Source: Acidobacteriaceae bacterium
GTDB lineage: Bacteria > Acidobacteriota > Terriglobia > Terriglobales > Acidobacteriaceae
Reading direction: 5' to 3'
NCBI GenBank assembly: GCA_035295245.1
Contig: DATGJK010000304.1
Span: 1-46,890 of the forward strand
DNA length: 46,890 nt
Shown: positions 44,773-46,890 of the stretch, piece by piece
Position numbering within the stretch: the first letter of the stretch is position 1
Layout: each line of letters starts with the position of its first letter
The notes under the pieces: generated by a model
The model's database searches: none
Seen by the model: only the letters and a program-made list of their open reading frames with translations
Told to the model about the DNA's origin: nothing
Program-made: the position numbers and the translations under genes

Positions 44773-46361
44773 ACGGCCGCCTCCGCGCCGGCCAGCGCCG
44801 CTTCCTCCGTATCCTCTCGCTCGCACAGCACACGTGCGATCACGTCGTAGTCGTGCGCCTCGGTGATCTCGCAGCGATAAAAGCGCCCTGCCGTCAGCGA
44901 TTCGAACGGACCAAAGTCATTCAGGTAAACGGTGCCGTCAATTTCCGGCGCGTGGTATTGCGTCCGTCCCTCCCATAGCAGCGGCGTCTCTGCGGATTCA
45001 CCTTCCACCAGCACGTCGAGCGTGCGCCCCACCCACTCCCGCTTCGCGTGACGGCTGATTCCCTTCTGCAGCTTCATCAGCGCTCGCCGCCGCTGCTCGA
45101 TGACCCGCTTCGGAATCTTGCCGCCCAGGTCGAACGCCCTCGATCCTTCCTCGTCCGAGTAGGAGAAGACACCCAGCCAGTCGAACTTCGCCTCGGCGAC
45201 AAAATCGCACAGCGCCTCGAAATCGGCATCTGTCTCACCGGGGAATCCGACAATGAACGACGTGCGCAGCGCAATGCCCGGAACCGCCGCGCGCACCTTC
45301 TCGATCGTCTTCAGGAAAATATCCGCGCCGCCACCCCGTTTCATGGATTTCAGCACCGGCGCCGAAGCGTGCTGCAGCGGAACGTCGAGATATTTGCAGA
45401 TGTTCTCGTGCCTGGCGATCGTCTCCAGCAGCTTGCCCGTGACCCGGTTCGGATACGCGTAAAGGAATCGCAGCCACGTCAGTCCCTCGATCCGCGCAAG
45501 CCGTTCCAGCAACTGCGCCAGCCCATCTTTCAGCCCCATGTCTTCCCCATAGCAGGTGGTGTCTTGCCCGATGAGCGTGATCTCGCGGACGCCTTCGGCC
45601 ACCAGCCGCTCCGCCTCAGACACCACGGACTCAAACCGTCGCGAGCGGAACTTGCCACGCAGATTCGGGATCACGCAGAAGCTGCAGGGATGGTCACAAC
45701 CCTCCGCAATCTTGATATACGCCGACGAGCTTTTCGTCGTGCGCAGGCGCGGAGTCGTGTGGTCGTACAGATACTGGGGCAGCTGGGCTGCGGCTCCATC
45801 CCACGGCGCGCGCGAGAACCTGCCCTGCTCCTCGCGGCGGTCGCCTTCAGGTCGGAACGTGGGGACTTCCGGCTGATGCGTTCCGGCGAGAGCCTCACGC
45901 CCTGGGCGAACCTCGGCGTTGCCATTGCCGAGAATCGTGAACGGAGAAGCCGCAGCCGGAACAGGACGGGACAAACCAGCCGCCTCGAGGATGGATTCGA
46001 GTTCGCCCGTTCCAACCACCGCATCCACCTCCGGAATGTTCTTCCGAATTTCGTCACGGTAGCGCTCGACCAGGCAACCGGCCACAATCAGTTTGTGCGC
46101 CGATCCGGCGCTCTTGATGCGCGCCATTTCGAGGATCGCGTCGACAGATTCCTGCTTTGCCTTGTCAATGAACGAACAGGTGTTGACGACCAAAATATCT
46201 GCCGACTCGGCCTGGGCAGTGATATCCGCTCCGGCCTGATTGAGCAGACCCATCATCACTTCGCTGTCCACCAGGTTCTTGGGGCAGCCGAGCGATACAA
46301 ATCCCACCCGCGGTTTCGCTTCCTTCGCGGCGGTTATCTCTTTTTGCAGCAAATCCGTCAC
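44769..46361 (-). CDS. rimO: Ribosomal protein S12 methylthiotransferase RimO (radical SAM MTTase) with an enlarged inter-domain linker
   Basis: VGFVSLGCPKNLVDSE N-terminal domain. Radical-SAM CxxxCxxC in EGCDHPCSFC. C-terminal TRAM-like end (RFYRCEITEAHDYDVIA). GTG start at 46361. Confidence 0.9.
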   Translation of the reverse strand: MTDLLQKEITAAKEAKPRVGFVSLGCPKNLVDSEVMMGLLNQAGADITAQAESADILVVNTCSFIDKAKQESVDAILEMARIKSAGSAHKLIVAGCLVERYRDEIRKNIPEVDAVVGTGELESILEAAGLSRPVPAAASPFTILGNGNAEVRPGREALAGTHQPEVPTFRPEGDRREEQGRFSRAPWDGAAAQLPQYLYDHTTPRLRTTKSSSAYIKIAEGCDHPCSFCVIPNLRGKFRSRRFESVVSEAERLVAEGVREITLIGQDTTCYGEDMGLKDGLAQLLERLARIEGLTWLRFLYAYPNRVTGKLLETIARHENICKYLDVPLQHASAPVLKSMKRGGGADIFLKTIEKVRAAVPGIALRTSFIVGFPGETDADFEALCDFVAEAKFDWLGVFSYSDEEGSRAFDLGGKIPKRVIEQRRRALMKLQKGISRHAKREWVGRTLDVLVEGESAETPLLWEGRTQYHAPEIDGTVYLNDFGPFESLTAGRFYRCEITEAHDYDVIARVLCEREDTEEAALAGAEAAV

Positions 46362-46378
46362 AATCTCTATTTTAGCGG

Positions 46379-46431
46379 CTCTGCAAAGGCTGTCGCGGTG
46401 ACCGAACCGGCTTAATCCAACCTTTGCAGAG
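46379..46431. promoter_or_regulatory. 11-bp perfect inverted repeat CTCTGCAAAGG-N31-CCTTTGCAGAG in the divergent rimO / unknown-gene intergenic region
   Basis: Arms at 46379-46389 and 46421-46431 are exact reverse complements. They lie 18 bp upstream of the rimO GTG and 62 bp upstream of the ATG at 46493. Confidence 0.3.
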
Positions 46432-46492
46432 GCGCCGCGTCCATCCAGTAAGATCGCTGGGTCCGCTTTGCACCAGAATTGCTGACTTCCCC

Positions 46493-46890
46493 ATGCAAAT
46501 GTCCCTTCGCCTTTTGGTCCGCGTGAGTGCCGCCGTGGTGGCTGGGCTGCTTCCGGCTGGTACCTGGGCCATCCCGGTCCCGGTCCGCCGCCCGCAGGAG
46601 CCGATGCATCGCGATTTTGTGGTGAAGGGGCCGGACGGGAAAATCCTGGCCCAGGCGGAGGAGACCGCGGTGGTCCAGAAGGACCTGGTTCGCTCGCGAT
46701 TAACGTTTCGCTTTATCGACGGCTCGCTGGATGACGAGGAGGCGGTCTTCACCCAGGCGGGCGTCTTTCATCTCATCAGCGATCACCACGTGCAGAAGGG
46801 GCCGTCGTTTCCCACGCCGATGGACATCATGATCGACGTGCCGTCGCATACGGTGACGTGGCATGAGACCCATTTCGGCAAAGACCGGGT
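46493..46890 (+). CDS. Hypothetical secreted protein, N-terminal fragment (runs off the window end)
   Basis: My own translation from ATG 46493 is MQMSLRLLVRVSAAVVAGLLPAGTWAIPVPVRRPQEPMHRDFVVKGPDGKILAQ... The frame stays open to the window end. It has a signal-peptide-like N-terminus. It is not in the ORF track because no stop is reached. Confidence 0.5.
   Translation, partial: MQMSLRLLVRVSAAVVAGLLPAGTWAIPVPVRRPQEPMHRDFVVKGPDGKILAQAEETAVVQKDLVRSRLTFRFIDGSLDDEEAVFTQAGVFHLISDHHVQKGPSFPTPMDIMIDVPSHTVTWHETHFGKDR

Noticed and set aside
45048-46415. 455-aa plus-strand ORF
   Set aside because: It lies antisense to rimO, which has the radical-SAM CxxxCxxC motif.
1-46890. Searched for mobile elements, prophage, toxin-antitoxin pairs or known defence genes
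   Set aside because: No transposase, integrase, recombinase, nuclease-helicase or small paired TA-like ORFs were recognisable. No long terminal inverted or direct repeats were noticed by eye. This is absence of evidence only, since no computation was possible.

Overview
This is a 46.9 kb high-GC chromosomal segment. The gene content suggests Acidobacteriota/Terriglobia, but that is inference only: M56 BlaR1-like proteins with Pro-rich linkers, Ser/Thr kinase-TPR fusions, an OmpL-like porin and many long GC-driven antisense ORFs. I support about 38 protein-coding genes. I found no rRNA, tRNA, CRISPR array, transposase, integrase or recognisable phage or defence gene.

Layout:
- 1-7.6 kb: secreted or envelope proteins (pirin fragment, M48 peptidase, GH18 hydrolase, YncE-like propeller, DapA-family enzyme). 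A small A/T-richer islet of orphan ORFs interrupts this block at about 4.05-5.45 kb.
- 7.7-15.3 kb: an ABC ATPase with an orphan polytopic membrane protein, an MBL-rhodanese fusion, and a giant transglutaminase-like/TPR protein.
- 15.8-30.7 kb: a very signalling-dense stretch. It holds a tail-anchored Ser/Thr kinase, a KdpE-like regulator with an N-terminally truncated KdpD-like kinase next to a porin and APC permease, a PP2C phosphatase, a 1281-aa GGDEF-EAL protein, and an STK-TPR protein.
- 30.8-33.2 kb: a ThrC-like protein, a VOC protein and a YafY/WYL regulator.
- 33.1-46.4 kb: a minus-strand housekeeping block (ribE, ribD, ftsY, HD-GYP, gpsA, plsY, blaR1-like, blaI-like, cinA, NHL protein, pgpA, yacG, rimO).

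I cannot point to a clear-cut new multi-gene system. The candidates most worth follow-up are:
- the BlaI/BlaR1-type module, whose sensor half is an unusual heptad-repeat coiled coil and whose operator palindrome abuts the blaI start;
- an intact ThrC-like ORF that has lost the PLP lysine and the phosphate-binding loop;
- a perfect 15-bp inverted repeat overlapping promoter-like hexamers in front of the ABC operon;
- the orphan islet at 4.05-5.45 kb;
- the KdpDE-like pair with no kdpFABC genes beside it.

All functional calls come from motifs read by eye in the supplied translations. No database search was run.
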